Positions 25,901 through 43,297 of a stretch of 64,000 bases of DNA are shown piece after piece. The notes under the pieces were generated by a model, which searched no databases, was not told where the DNA came from, and was given only the letters and a program-made list of their open reading frames with translations. The stretch comes from the human T2T-CHM13v2.0 reference genome, Homo sapiens. The stretch lies in assembly GCF_009914755.1 (NCBI RefSeq), contig NC_060926.1. One strand, given 5' to 3'. Each line of letters starts with the position of its first letter. The stretch's first letter is position 1. A program made the translations under genes and the position numbers.

Positions 25901-27262
25901 CCTGCAAAGCGCTTGGTGTTGGTATGTTGCCATGATAGGCCTCAGTAAGAGGCAGCCTGGACAAGAACAACTGCACAGAGAACAGGAGGAGAGGTCAGGG
26001 GAGCTGGGCGTGGGGTCCCAGGTGGAGGGAAGGAAAGGCAGGAGAGAGCCTGCCAGGGCCCTGCAGGGTGGCAGGAAGACCCAATCTCACCCCTCACTCA
26101 GCTGTGCCCTCTGGAGATGAGGTTCCGGGCTGCCAGCCCAGCAGCCGTCCACCTTTCCCAAGCTCAGAGGCCCAGCTGGGCGCTGGGAGCAGGAGTGTTG
26201 TCATGCGTGAGGAAACCTCCAGAGGAGAGCATCAGGCACCCAGCCTGGAGGCTTGTGGGACCTCTCTCCTCCCAGCACCAGGACACCTTTCCATACCTGG
26301 GGTTCCAGGCCACACTTAGTGACCTCCTTAGGGAGGTCTGTCTCCCAGCAAGTCTGTCTCTCCAAACTGAAACGTCCCTGTCTGAACAACAGAGAGCACC
26401 TCCCGTAGGGCACCAGGGGTGAGTAAGGCAGGCTTTGGGGCAGGCGTGGGGGTGACCCTTCCTGTACACTGAGCACAGTCATAACCCCTCTAATCCTTGT
26501 GACACCCTGGGAGGTAGCAACTATTAGACATTTGACAGCCTAGGGAACTGAAGCACAGCAAGGTTATGAAGCCTGTGAGGTCACAGAGCCAATGGGTGTG
26601 GGGTTGGAGTTCCACCTGCAGACGCTGGCTCTGAGTGCCCACCGACCCCAAATGAGGGCCCACACCTGCCTATCCCTCCACCTGCCTAGGATCTGGACGG
26701 CAGATGCCCCACATCTCCTGGTAGAGGTCAAAGAAACAGACACCCTGATGGAGCTGGGCAGAGGACACTGAAGGCAGGGGCGCCACTGAAGATTCCAAGC
26801 AGTGGCAGTTGCAGACATGTCACAGGCGCATGGCAGAAAGCACCAGGCTAACCAGGGAGGGGCTGTCAGCGTCTCCTGAAAAGCAGTAGAGATAAGGAAA
26901 GGCACAGCCTGAGGCCCGGAGCTGTGAGCTCCGTCTTCACCTAACGGAGGGCTTTCAGGGCTCATCAGGTCCAGAGAACCATTAGGTGGAGCTGCTGATG
27001 TCCGAGACTAGAGGATGGAACGTGGTTTTGCCATATTAGACTCCATGCCTCTGTGATTCATGTGATTTCAATTACTCTCTCTGATCTTACTGAACACTCT
27101 TTATACATACAATTCATGTCGTCAAAAATCAATGTGTCTGAAGGTATTGAAGTCTTTTAAAATAAAGTCAATATTTCTCACAGACTCCAGTCCCCCAGTG
27201 GATAAGTGGTCAGGCTTCCTCAAAGATCACTTTATGCTTACTAATATCACATCAACCAGATG

Positions 27263-27387
27263 CAGGGTGACCATATAGGGTGATCCAAAAGGGGACACTT
27301 TTGAGAGTGAATGGGGGCCCTATTATGATGCTATAACAACAGGCAAAACTGGATGTGGTCTGCCACCTGGGGCATGTGGTCAACCTG
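27263..27387. mobile_element. hAT-Blackjack-type MITE (MER94/MER81-like)
   Basis: Imperfect 14-bp TIRs cagggtgaccatat ... atgtggtcaacctg; internal gggacacttttgagagtgaa. Confidence 0.65.
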
Positions 27388-28449
27388 GACAGAGAGGACA
27401 TGAGCAGTGCCACCATCAACCAGATGTGCCCCAGTGGAAAGACATCTGGCTTCTTGCAGAGTGGCATATATTTTCTTGAAGAACAATAGTTTCCAAACAC
27501 AGGACTATGGTTTTTGTGTCTTCAAATACCTGCCGTATTATGACTAGTTTATGCCATTAAGCTGATGTAAGATGAACAGAAAAGGGTAGTAAAAAGACAG
27601 GTTGCAAAGTTTAAACTTTCAGTGTCCTTCATCCAAGGAAGTCCTTTAAATGTGGATTAAGTTATCACTTCGGCAGAATTTAAGTATGTTTTTCAGATTT
27701 AGTTACAATTTAGGGCAGAGTTATAAGTACATTTTTAGAAATAATGACAAATCATTCTCAAAATAGATGGTTTAGGCCATGCAGAACAGTCATTTTAATA
27801 AAATTTAACCCAAGCATCAAAAATGGGCTAATCTATATTGTTCCATTTCTTTCCATCATTCTTTTATCTGGCTCCCTACAGGGAGCTAATTTAATTTGAA
27901 AAGATGGGAGATATTGGCTCCAATGTGTGTTCCCAGGGACATCAGAGCAGAATGAGATCACTCAGAAGGAAACTTCTCTCTCATATCTGTAAATGGTGAG
28001 GTCTACAAAGTCTTCTTCTTGAGGAAGCTCTTATAAACCACAGCAGTCTTCAAAATCTGATTTTCATCAAAAACCCTTGGTCAGGATCTAGTTGTATTGT
28101 GGGGGAAAAAATCCTGAGCCTGGTGTTTTGTCAGTGTCCTGAGCCAGACACAGTGGCCACAGGTCCCTGCCAAGGGAGAAATCACGAGGTGCGACGAACA
28201 CCTTGCAAATGTCTGTAGACATCCCACTATTTATTACTGGGAAGAAAATCTCATTTGATACAAGTTGGGAATTTGGACTCTGACCTGAGAAAGGTAGGTT
28301 CTCTGATTCAGTAGATAGAAAAAAAAATAGACGCTCTGTCTGGACAGGAGTACAAGCTGGAGGAAAACCCAGCTTGTAGCAGTCATGACACCTGACCTGT
28401 GTGAAAACCAGTCCCTTCATGCATTTGATTTCAATTGTCACAGCAGCGC

Positions 28450-28880
28450 TGTGGTGGAACTGGCAAACTCCCACCAAACCCCTTCCCTTGCTCTGGGCAC
28501 ACAGTATGGAACACACTTCCCGGCAGCCTTTGCAGCCCTGTGACTGCTCCAGGGCTACGCTCCAGCCATGTGACTACGCTCCAGTCGTGGACTGGGAATG
28601 AAGTTGACGCATGCTGAGTGAGCTCAGGCAGGTCTTCTACTCTCTCTCTCTTCCACTGTCTGCAGCCACATGTCAATGCCAAGGGTATCCAGGACCGGAC
28701 CTTGGGGATGGCAGGGACTCTGTCAGCCTGGGTCTGTGAGAAGTGCAGAGAGCACCCTCCACTTCTCACCTCTATGGACTGGGCTTCCCTGAGTAAGGAA
28801 TTAAATTCTAAGGTGTTAAGTCATGCCACCGAGAAGCTGAGGTTGATCTACTATAGCAGCTAGCTTTATCTTAGCTGATA
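28450..28880 (+). mobile_element. Old ERVL-class LTR (LTR16-like)
   Basis: ttcccggcagcctttgcag...ccatgtgact; gtcagcctgggtc; taaattctaaggtgttaag resemble LTR16 motifs. Confidence 0.5.
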
Positions 28881-30573
28881 AAAACAGCACGTGGTTAGGT
28901 GGCACTGGGCTGGTGGAGGGAGGGGATGCAAACATGCGTGGCCTGCCTTGAACCTAGGATGCCCCAGGCCTCCTGCCTGCACCTACCATATAGGGGCACG
29001 GCCATCCTACTGGAGAGCTATCTGACTCCATTTCACCACCAAGGAAAACATGGCTGAGAGGCCAAGTAATTTGCCTATGATTAAGCAGCTGGCAAGGGTT
29101 ACAAGCAGGATTTGAATCTGGGTCCACCCAGATCCCAAACTGAATTATCTTATTAAAACAGAGCCCTGGCTGCCCTGGCCCCACACGCAGTGCTACACTC
29201 ATGTGGCGGCCACATCCTGGTGCTTCTCACCCTCAGTTCAAGAATGAGCAAGATGGAAGTCGTGACCCCAGCAGTTTGTTGGGGTGCTCCTACCTGCTCC
29301 CTCCCATCCTGAATCAGGATGTCCTCCCCCAGGATGACTGCACCCTCCCCAGTGAGTAGCAGCTGCTGCAGAGGACCACTCACCCCTCAGACCCACCACA
29401 CAGCGGCTCAGCCCGCCCCCTACCCCAATGCAGTCTCTGCATCTCCACACCGCCATCCTGCCCTCCCTGCAGCCACTGGCGGGAGCCCCAGGGCAGCGCC
29501 CCTGACAGTTGGTATGTCTGCACCAGCCCAGCGTTTCCAGCTTCCCACCAGGGTAGCTGGCTCCCCTGCTGGCAGCCCTGCCTGCTCTCCCTGCTCCTCT
29601 CCTTCACCTCCCAGGTAAGTGACTTGTGCTGGCCCTGGGCCTGATGGGCACCAAGCCTGACCTATCTCCCCCCATCCAGGTTCACCTGTTGACATCCCAG
29701 CTGCTCAGATCTGTTCAACTTAGTTCAAGAAACATTCCTGAGCCCCTGCTGGTGGCCAGCCCTGGAAACACAGAAGTGGCTCAGAGGGGTCTGTGGCTGC
29801 GAACAGCCCAGGGCTAATGGGAGAGGCAGGCCCAGAGAGAAAAGATTCTGACTTAAGGCAGTGAGTGTAGGAATCGTTGTTTTCTCTTAAACTCACCGAG
29901 CTCCTGATCTGCGCCACGGTCACACAGGGTCTCCACACACCAGGCAGGAAAACGAAGAAACACACCCTGCCCTCCAGGGCTATGATTTCACTGGGGGACA
30001 GCCAGCCACACAACATGTCAGATGGGGTCACTGCTGCAGGACATGCGGGAAATTCAGGAGGAGTCCAGGTGACTACCAGGATTGAGGCCTGAGCAAGCGG
30101 AAAGATATAGGCAGCAAGATGCCTTCATATCTGAGTAAGACGCAAAGTGCACAGTCGGGAACTCAGAGGAGAAGAGCCGGGAAGGAAAGTCTCGATGAAT
30201 TTAAATTTTTTTAAAGTTATAACAAGATTTAAAACACTTATTTTATTACTCAATTCAATTGCTCAGAATTCTCCATGAGCCAGTCTGTGAAACGGAACTT
30301 TTACATTTCTCTCTATCCCCGCTGCTACAGAAAGTGCAGGGGCTTCCCTCTTGGAGGTGGGTGGAATGCGCAGCCTCTTCCCTCAGAGGTTTGGAGGCAT
30401 CACTTCCCTTCTTCCTTGCTTTACCTCTGCCATGGCAGTTTTAGTAACCACCTCTCTGGGTGGCTGCAGGACCATGCTAAGTCCTGATGGAAACATACTA
30501 GTTACGCAAGAAATGTTAGCTCCTCCCTCTTCTCTCTCTCTGCACTGTGGGAGACTCCCTAATGCGACTTCTA

Positions 30574-30957
<384 letters not shown>

Positions 30958-31937
30958 TCACCTACTAGACTCAGGATCCACTGATGCACATGGTCTCAGA
31001 CACCTAGCATATTAGGCTGTGTGTGCTCTCCCATGGGTGGGTGGGGTGCCCCAATCTGGCCCACTGGCTGTGTGCGAGCTGGCTGTGACCGCCTGAGTAC
31101 CAGTCTGAATGTGTGCTCCCAGGTGTCCCCTCCTCAGGGCCCAGCCTCATTCTAGGCTTATTGAGAATGAGGGCAAGACAGTTCCAGCCCCTGAGGACAT
31201 CAGGATTGAATAGGACAAGTACACGGAGGACACTCACAGAGACCCCCAGGCTGAGTGAGTGGTGTTCCAGGCCACTCCCTCTTCCTGACCCAATCACCTC
31301 CTCCCTGCTTGCTGATGGGACACTGAAGCAGATTGAGAGAGGCCCTTCCTGAGGCTGTGTTGGCACAGGAGCACTCTGCCCCACACAAACACTCACAGCC
31401 CCCAGATGTGTCATCAAGGACTGCATTCAGCTGCAAGCAAAAGAAAACCCAACTGACAGTGGTCTCCACATATCCGGGAGAGGGTATCTTAAATGCAGCA
31501 AATGCCAAAGGAGGCAGTCCCAGGAGGGTGTTCACCCTGGTTTTACTCCCCCATTCTTTGGCCACAGATGGCTGATACCCTGGCCTCTTGTTTGTCTACC
31601 GAGAGAAGGAAGCAAAGAAGGAACATGCCTAGGCCACGAAAGCAAAAGCTTTGCCCAAAACCATCAGATGGTAACTCATCACCAGACTGTGTCACCTGGC
31701 AATGTGCAGATGGACCAGAGGCTGAGGAAGGGAGGTTTCTGTCTGGGCACGTTAACACCCAAACAAAATCAGGATTCCATTCTTGAGGAAGAAGGGAGAT
31801 GGATGTTAGAAGGACAACTAGCCAAGCTAGGAGTTTAAAGGTTTTATGTTATACCAGATGGGTCTGAGAGGGACTGGGAAAATATTGGAGTCTACCCAAA
31901 ACACCCAGAGAGACCATTAAAGGGGCAGAGGGAAGGT

Positions 31938-32701
31938 TGTAGATCCGATGTGGGGCCTGCTTGCCCAACACAGTAAGACCGGGTATCCACATGGGTTCTG
32001 CCGTGGCAGAAAGGAAGGCATTTATTTGCAAGGCACAAAGCAGGACGACCAGCAGCGAATGTTTAAATTCTGACTTCCCCAATGGCTTGCCCAAAAGGTT
32101 TCTAAAGGCAAGGGTAAATCTCACGAAAGCAAAGGTGATAGGCAAAATCTAAGTCAGTACATGGGAGTTACACATTGGTTTTGGCCCAAAAAGACGGGAT
32201 ATCTTAAAACAACGGGCTTACATGTCACAGGTAAATTCAAAGATTTTCTGATTTATAATTAGTTAATGAAAAAGAAGCTTTGTTTACAAATTTGAGGTCA
32301 TCAGACAAGAATGTTAGCTCTGGCTGGTGGGTGTGACTCCCTCCAGGCCCTTCAAGAAGAAATTTAGAACAAATAATTCAGGTCTAGAATTCAGTCTTCA
32401 GGTCCCCCTTCCCAGAGGCCTATGTGCCACAGATCTGTTTGATGGGGGTCCAGATTTCTGAAAAACAACTCTGGGACATATGTTAAGATGGTATCTTTAG
32501 TTTCTATAGGGAACCAGGCATCTGACTCTAACTTCCCTGGCGGTTGTTTTAGACTACTCTACTACTATCTTTTTACTCATCAAGTTGCTCATTTACTTCT
32601 CAGGGCTAGCTGGGTACCTGGAATTTCCCTTAAAGGAACTCAAGATTTTCCTTTATTTCCATGCTTGGGGGGCCCTAAAATGGGGTCCCTGCTCTGTCCC
32701 A
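31938..32701 (-). mobile_element. MER39-like ERV1 solo LTR
   Basis: Reverse complement of the LTR at 58117-58896; gaatttccct...caagattttcctttatttccatgcttgggggg...ggggtccctgctctgtccca. Confidence 0.8.
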
Positions 32702-33248
32702 GGAAAATGAAAAAATGTGTGGCTTGCTTTTATCCTACCAGGTATAGTCAGTACAACAAAATGGTTAAATAATATTCACTTAGAAACATTTTTCTGGAAT
32801 CCAGTGAAGATCATCAGGCCGAAAAAATCCCCAAACCAAAAGATATGCCTGAATAGAAGCATGTGGAAACTGCCCCATTTATAGCCCTCGAATTCATTCT
32901 TCAATTTTAAGTGTTTTACTTTCACAGCCTTCAAAAGCCACGTTCCCATTTAGAGAAGAAACTCTCTTAAAGGGAGTATTTTTTTTGCCCAAGATCTCTC
33001 TCCTGATAAAGTGCCCCAGGGAGATCTTATGCCACTTTTCATCTTTCACAAGAGGTCAAGAAACTCCCAGGAAGAGCTGGCTCTCAACCATGGGCCCACG
33101 CTTTCGGTATGTGCAGCCCCCACACGTGTGAACTTGCCTGCTCCCCTGCACCAGGGGTCTCCCCTCCAGAAACAGAAGGGAGGTTTCCCCATCAACCCTG
33201 CTTTTAAAAAAAAAGGTGGGGGGCGGGGAATCACTTAGTTGGACCTGA

Positions 33249-33583
<335 letters not shown>

Positions 33584-34134
33584 TAAATAAATCATTCCTG
33601 TTAGCAGGCCTCAGAACCACGCCATGCACCCAGTCACCCATCTGTTCAAAGTGAAGTGCAAGAGTCCTGAGCACGGCGTCAATGCTCCGCACCTCGAAGC
33701 GTCATTCCTAACCCACACAGCCAGGAAAATGAAAATGAGGCTTCTTTCCCCATTGTACCATGAGACGGCTGAAGCTAAGGTCGGTTACCTCATCCAAGGT
33801 CATCCAGACAAGCGAAGGGAGGCAACGGTCCACATTCCTTCCACTGCCCCACACACTTCCCTACACATCACGTATGATTTCCTGGGGGGAAACAAAGAAA
33901 AATAAAAGAAAATATTGCATCTATCTTATGCTAATAAATGCCCAGTATACCACTGCATCTCCTCCTCTTCATGAATACCCAGTTCCCAATAGTAGCCCCT
34001 ATTACAGCAGCTCCTAGGTTCTTGTGTCTGGTGAAGCTAGCAAAAATCTTACACACTTAAAAGATGCAGAAGCACAATCCCAAAATTTTCACTGAGAGAA
34101 AAATTGAATTTTTAGAGCCAGGTTAGTTTTTTGT

Positions 34135-35199
<1,065 letters not shown>

Positions 35200-36529
35200 T
35201 AGTTTTTAATTAATCAGCCCATAATAGAAGAAGGAAAGAACATACCTAAGACAGATTGGCATATTAGTCATTCAGTTCCAATGCTGATACACACATGGCT
35301 ACACAACCATACACATACATGTGCACACACATCTGACACACACTCACCTACAAACACACACACACATACACATGAGCACATATCTCTAAGGCAATTCATA
35401 TATTCTAAAATACTCAGAGTAATTGATCATAAAGTGCTATCTATTTATCCATCAACTGTAATCACCATTGTCGTGTCTAAAACCCCCACTGTTTCACCTA
35501 AAATGTTAAATACTGCCTTTTGTTTTCTTGCTGTCTCTTTCACCAAGTAAGTTTAATTCCCGCTGGCAAAGGAAAAAGTTACACACACATGCATGCACGC
35601 ACACACACACACATACACATAGAATTTCTCCAAGAATATTGTTAGGATTATCTCACCTGAGAAGGGAGAGTGAGAATCATGAGAAAGCTGAAAATGTTAA
35701 GATTGGATTTATTGTTTTGCGGAAAGGGAGTAGCTGAAACTCCCTAGTAATGAGCAGAAGCTTTGTTTTCGGTTCTGTGATATTAACCTTTATTTCACTA
35801 AGATAAAGCTGACAAAATTAGAACCCCTCACTTGCATTACAACTACACGGGGGTGGTGGGTCCATGAGGAGCAGACCCCCTACGTGACCACAGGAGCAGC
35901 AGCAGGACAGAGGACCCTCCAGGGTCGCCAACAGGGACATCTTGGCCCAGACATCATGGACAGGGTCCCCCTTGGCTCACCCGACCAGGCAGGTAAGACT
36001 GTGGGGCCAGCAAAGCTCGTCACCTCACTCAGGGACAAAGACATCCTGCCCAAGCATGGGAGTTGGAGGTGAGGATGAGTGCCAGGTGCCTTCTTTGCCC
36101 CCTGTACCCCTAACAAATAACTTTCTAATGCAAAGACCCAGCCTTAGAGGTGCTCGTCGTGATCAGCACGTGGGGGAGTGTGGGAAGGACTGGGTTAGGA
36201 CACACACAGACACACACCTAAGGCAACACTGAAAGAGCTCTCCTCCCCACCCCTGAGGCCACAACTGGGGCTCTTGCTGACAGGGGCACCCACAGCATCT
36301 AAAAGGAAACCATCGCTGCCTTCTGCTCAGCAAAGATGACCCCATCCTCCCTCCAGAAGGAGAGCGGTTTCTGGAGAGGCCCTCCCAGGACCCTGCCCTT
36401 GCTGCACTCAGGTCCCTGGTGTTTGGATTTCTGCTTCCAAATTGTTTAAGCACAGGGCCTCTCATCTTTTCCCCCAAAGTGAAAGAAACCTCAGTGGATG
36501 CTTGGAAACCACATCAGGAGGCACAGGCG

Positions 36530-36686
36530 ATTACATGTCCCAGAGCCAACACTTGTACATTCCCAAGCAGAGACCAGCTGCTAGAATGGCTTCTAAAGAG
36601 CCTGGTATCCCTGGAGCAACAGAATCCAGTGGCACATAAAAGTAAACCAAAGGCTAGTGTTGGAGGAAGCACACCCACCACTAACA
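36530..36686 (-). mobile_element. Isolated duplicate of the ERV pol tether segment (copy of 42395-42549)
   Basis: Shared blocks ttcccaagcagagacc, tccctggagcaacagaatccagtgg, accaaaggctagtgtt; minus strand reads LDSVAPGIPGSLEAILAAGL. Confidence 0.8.
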
Positions 36687-37204
36687 AAGGATGCACAGTG
36701 GATCCTTTAAGACGCTTAAAGGACTCTTGGCCTCCAAACCTCACTTCCACAAAAGCTTATTTTTCTTCTCACAAGGTTTGTGTGTCCCTCCCCCAGCGTT
36801 TCTAAGACCTGGCTGATGTTTACAGTTCACTGTCATGTGTCTCTCACTTTCATCTGTATGAATTTCCCCAGTGTTAAAGAATCCATTGCGCCCCCCAACC
36901 AACTCAAGCACAGAGGTCGTTCCTTCTGGAAAGAGTCCCAATCCCAGCCTTGAGGATGAGGCTGGCATCCTCCCGCTGGCCGGGTCTTCTCCGCGAATTG
37001 GGATCTGCCTCCTGGGAGGATGATACCCGTGGCTGCTGCTCTGCGTGGCTCACCTTGGCCAGGAGCTAGATTCCTGCTGGTGGGAAATGCATAGCCTACT
37101 TGCTGCACCCAAGCGCCTGGAGCTTTCATTCTGCAGCAGTTTCTTCAGGAAAAAGGTCATCCCTAAAGGTCAAAGGATACCAAGTTTATAACTTGAGTTT
37201 ATAA

Positions 37205-37516
<312 letters not shown>

Positions 37517-37779
37517 TAAACTTTTTAATTATGAAAATGACACACATGGAAAAGTGCATAAAACATATATTTATAATTCACCCAATAATAGTAAAAGTCA
37601 TGCCCAACCACACCGAGGTGAAGACCTAGAGCCTGCCAAAGCCAAGGTTCTCTCCCTGACCCCTGCCTCAACCCCCATGGTGCCCACCATCTTGACTTTT
37701 ACCATAGTCAATTCCTTGCTGTGTTTCATTTGTTCACCTGCATATGCATCCCTACACAACGTACGGTATTCATAACATC

Positions 37780-38977
<1,198 letters not shown>

Positions 38978-39362
38978 CATTTAAACTCTATTGAATATGA
39001 AGTATACAATCATCTTACATACAGATAATGAAAAATGATGCAGTTAAATGAAAAAACACTTTCTTGATTAGAATTTTCATTTTATGCTTATTAAAAAGAA
39101 AATTTATGATGTGTGCGCACATCGATTTTATTATATATTATGCTCGTGCATGCATTAAAAAAGAAAAATTAAGCAAAATATTCTGGTTCAAGTAGTCTGA
39201 AAATCTCTTCCTAATTGGGATCCACATTCTCCACATCACTTTTGACCCAGATTGTCTGTGTCTGCATTTCCCTTGCTGTATCATTCTCTATGCAAAAAGA
39301 GTGCTTGCCATTGAGAATTTCTTACCATAGTGCAGCTCCACTCTTTCTGGGCTTTCTTACAG

Positions 39363-39580
39363 ACCGCTGGCAGTCTTAGCATCATAATTACCACGAAAGT
39401 CAAGACCATTTGACTTCATTAGCCAATAGGTAACATCATCTTCAAACTTCCAGAGCCTCATCGGAGCTCATATAGAGGAGCTGCTGGTGCCACTGCTGAG
39501 TGTCTGGCTGAGTCCAGCTGCACAGCTGGCCTTTTTGGCAGTTTGAGCCGCTTAAGAATTTTTAATTTCTTTTCGTGTAT
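39363..39580 (-). pseudogene. ECRG4: Decayed fragment of ECRG4 (augurin/C2orf40) coding sequence
   Basis: 39558-39454 reads FLSGSNCQKGQLCSWTQPDTQQWHQQLLYMSSDEA, then after a 4-nt insertion 39449-39420 reads KFEDDVTYWL. Recalled ECRG4 is [45 protein letters not shown] (19/35 then 9/10 identical by eye). Frameshifted, no signal peptide or start. Confidence 0.85.
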
Positions 39581-39837
39581 GTGTGAGGCATCAGCCTGAG
39601 TTAGTAAGTTACAAGTGAAGTGATAAGTATTCTTTTTAATAAGCATAAAATGAAAATTTTAATCAAGAAAGTGTCAGTTTCATTGCATCATTTTTCCTTA
39701 TTGGTACATAAGATAATGGCACACTTCACAATCAATAAGGTTTTAAATGTTAAGGATACAGTATGTTTTTTAGGGACGCATATGCAGTATTTAGGAGTGC
39801 ACTGTGCTACAGATCGTGAAGGTGAAGATAGCAGGTT

Positions 39838-40228
<391 letters not shown>

Positions 40229-42004
40229 TTACACCATGAGTGATGAGTCAGACATTCAGGCAGGGCACAGCTAGGCAGTTCTCTGGCTCCCAGTGGTATC
40301 ATCTGAGGTGACTGAGCAGTAATCAGTTGATGGACGAACTGGAGGTTAGATGGGCTCAGGGCTCCCAGAAAGAATATCCTAGCAACAAGCAAGTCAAGAG
40401 ATTTCACCTGAGTTTTTAACCTTGGTTTCTTCTAAAAGTTCTGTTGTTTTTTTTCAATACTACTATATAACTTTATACACTTTCCTATTCCCCACAAATA
40501 TTTTCAAGCTTGTCTTGATAAAACATAGTAAGATTTGTTTTATATGCTATATCTGATTATTTCAACATTTAAGTCTTTGAGAATCCATTGTTAATTTTTT
40601 TGGGAGGTGGGGTGGTGTTGCTGATTTTCATTCATGGTATCTTACTTCTTTGTACTTGACCATCTTTGACTATGTGCAGTTATTGTACTTGGGAAGTTAT
40701 TAAAAGAGTAATCTTTGAAGGCCTAGATGAAGGTATCATCCTTCAGAGAAAACTGGAAATACCTCTTAGGACACCATTTCATGTCCCCACAACTTCCACC
40801 TAACCCATAATATAATCACCTTCTGCTCTCCTCTCCCTGAAGTCTGGTTCTCTTGTGAGGCCATGTTAATGAGAGCCTTCTCCTTCATCTTGAACACCTT
40901 GGGGTCAACAGGTAGAGTTGGCTATTTCCTCACTTGTCAGTGCATAGCTACTGCCATTTTTTAAATTCCTCATTAAAAAAATACTTGTTCCATCTTTATT
41001 CACAGCATTCAGCTAAGTAACACCCTACACCTCAGAGATTTCATCTCTTGAGCTATATTGGTACAAGATTTTTGCACCTGGTTCACGACGTTCCTTTGCA
41101 TCCAATTTCTGTCATCACTCAGAATGACATCAATATGTTTTATTACATCCACTTTAAATTCAACGTGACCATAGATGAGTCCTGCAAATCTGCACCCTCT
41201 CCTCCTGTATTTCCAGTAATAGTGAATGTGCGAATGTCTCAGCTACTCACCTAATCACCCAACCCAGAGGCCCAGACACTTTCCTAGACAACTCTGCCTT
41301 CCAGTGAGCACCAAGTGCTTCCTTAATATTTTTTCCAACTACATCTGTTCCTGTCCCCACTGCCCCTGCCTACATTCAGCCTCACTAATCCCCAGGCTTG
41401 GATGCTGATAAATGACTTGAGTGGCAACTACAAAACAGCTAATGAAGCTCCCCACATCCTCCCACCAGGGCCTCCACAGAGCTGGTATGAACTACAGAAA
41501 GGGGCAGTTACTTTCCCCATGACGCTGTCATTCCCATTCGTATTGCAAAGCCTCTATTTTTTAATTTGTCCCACAGCATGACAGACCCCAAACGCACATT
41601 TACTACTGGTATAGATACACATATTAAGACCAGTGGTGACTGTTACAGCTCACATAAAAGCTGAGTTCCATTGCTTGGGCTGACTTTATGTGTGGGGGGA
41701 ATGCAAGCCTCTAGAATCCCATGAGAACTGACTTCTATATTGGGTGCTTTTCTGTCTCCTCCTGTGTCTCTCACATAAGACCCATCAATGAATGCTATTA
41801 AGTTAACATGGGAATAAGACTATATGATGAATCAGATGGAGGCCATGCATCTTCATTGAGGGCTGCGAGGTGGTTGTGCTGCTGTCCAGTCAGGATCTGG
41901 CAACAGAGTCACTGGGCTCAAAGTTCACACCTTCCTAGAATCCCACTAGGGTCAGCCAGTAACGCTTACAGAGCACTGACAAGTGCTGTGTCATAGGAAC
42001 TTCA

Positions 42005-42363
<359 letters not shown>

Positions 42364-42982
42364 AAAGCAGCAGCAACAGCACAAGGCCCAAACAATTACA
42401 TCCCCGAGCCAAGGCCTGCACCTTCCCAAGCAGAGACCCAATGTTGGAATGACTTCTAAACAGCCTGGCATCCCTGGAGCAACAGAATCCAGTGGTACAT
42501 GAAAGCCAACCAAAGGCTAGTGTTTGAGGAAGCATACCCATCACTAACAGCACCCTTGCTCTCCTTACAGAAAAGGGAGAAGAGATGACCAGCTAGGAAC
42601 TGACTCCAAGTACAGGCAGGAAAACAATGGCTACTTAAGGATCTGAAGGCTTTTTTAGCTTCTCCTAGCTATTGCAAAAATGCACCTAGCGATGCTTCAT
42701 GTAGCACCACCATGAGTGGCTTGCCTCTCAGAAGAGACAGGGACCCGTTGCCTGCGATGCACACCAACCTCAAAAGGGTGGAGCTATTTCTTCGCAGTGA
42801 CAGAGCTGTTGCTACATGGAGCTATTGCTTCATTTGTAAAAGAGGTGGCTTTGGGGACAGAACTATTTCCCATCCATCAGCCAATAACAAATATTCCAAA
42901 TACTTGACCTCGGTCTAACGATGTTGGAAATTATCTAAAGGAGCTTTATGCCCTTTAGAAGCTAGAATTTTCGTAAAGCTAA

Positions 42983-43297
<315 letters not shown>

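Noticed and set aside
29319-29620. Pro/Ser/Ala-rich 99-aa ORF ending at a perfect CAG|GTAAGT donor
   Set aside because: No recognisable homology, clear acceptor or partner exons; isolated consensus donors occur by chance.
39458-39646. 62-aa ORF as a functional ECRG4 paralogue
   Set aside because: The ORF is mostly out of the ECRG4 frame; the homologous frame has frameshifts and lacks the signal peptide and dibasic cleavage site.
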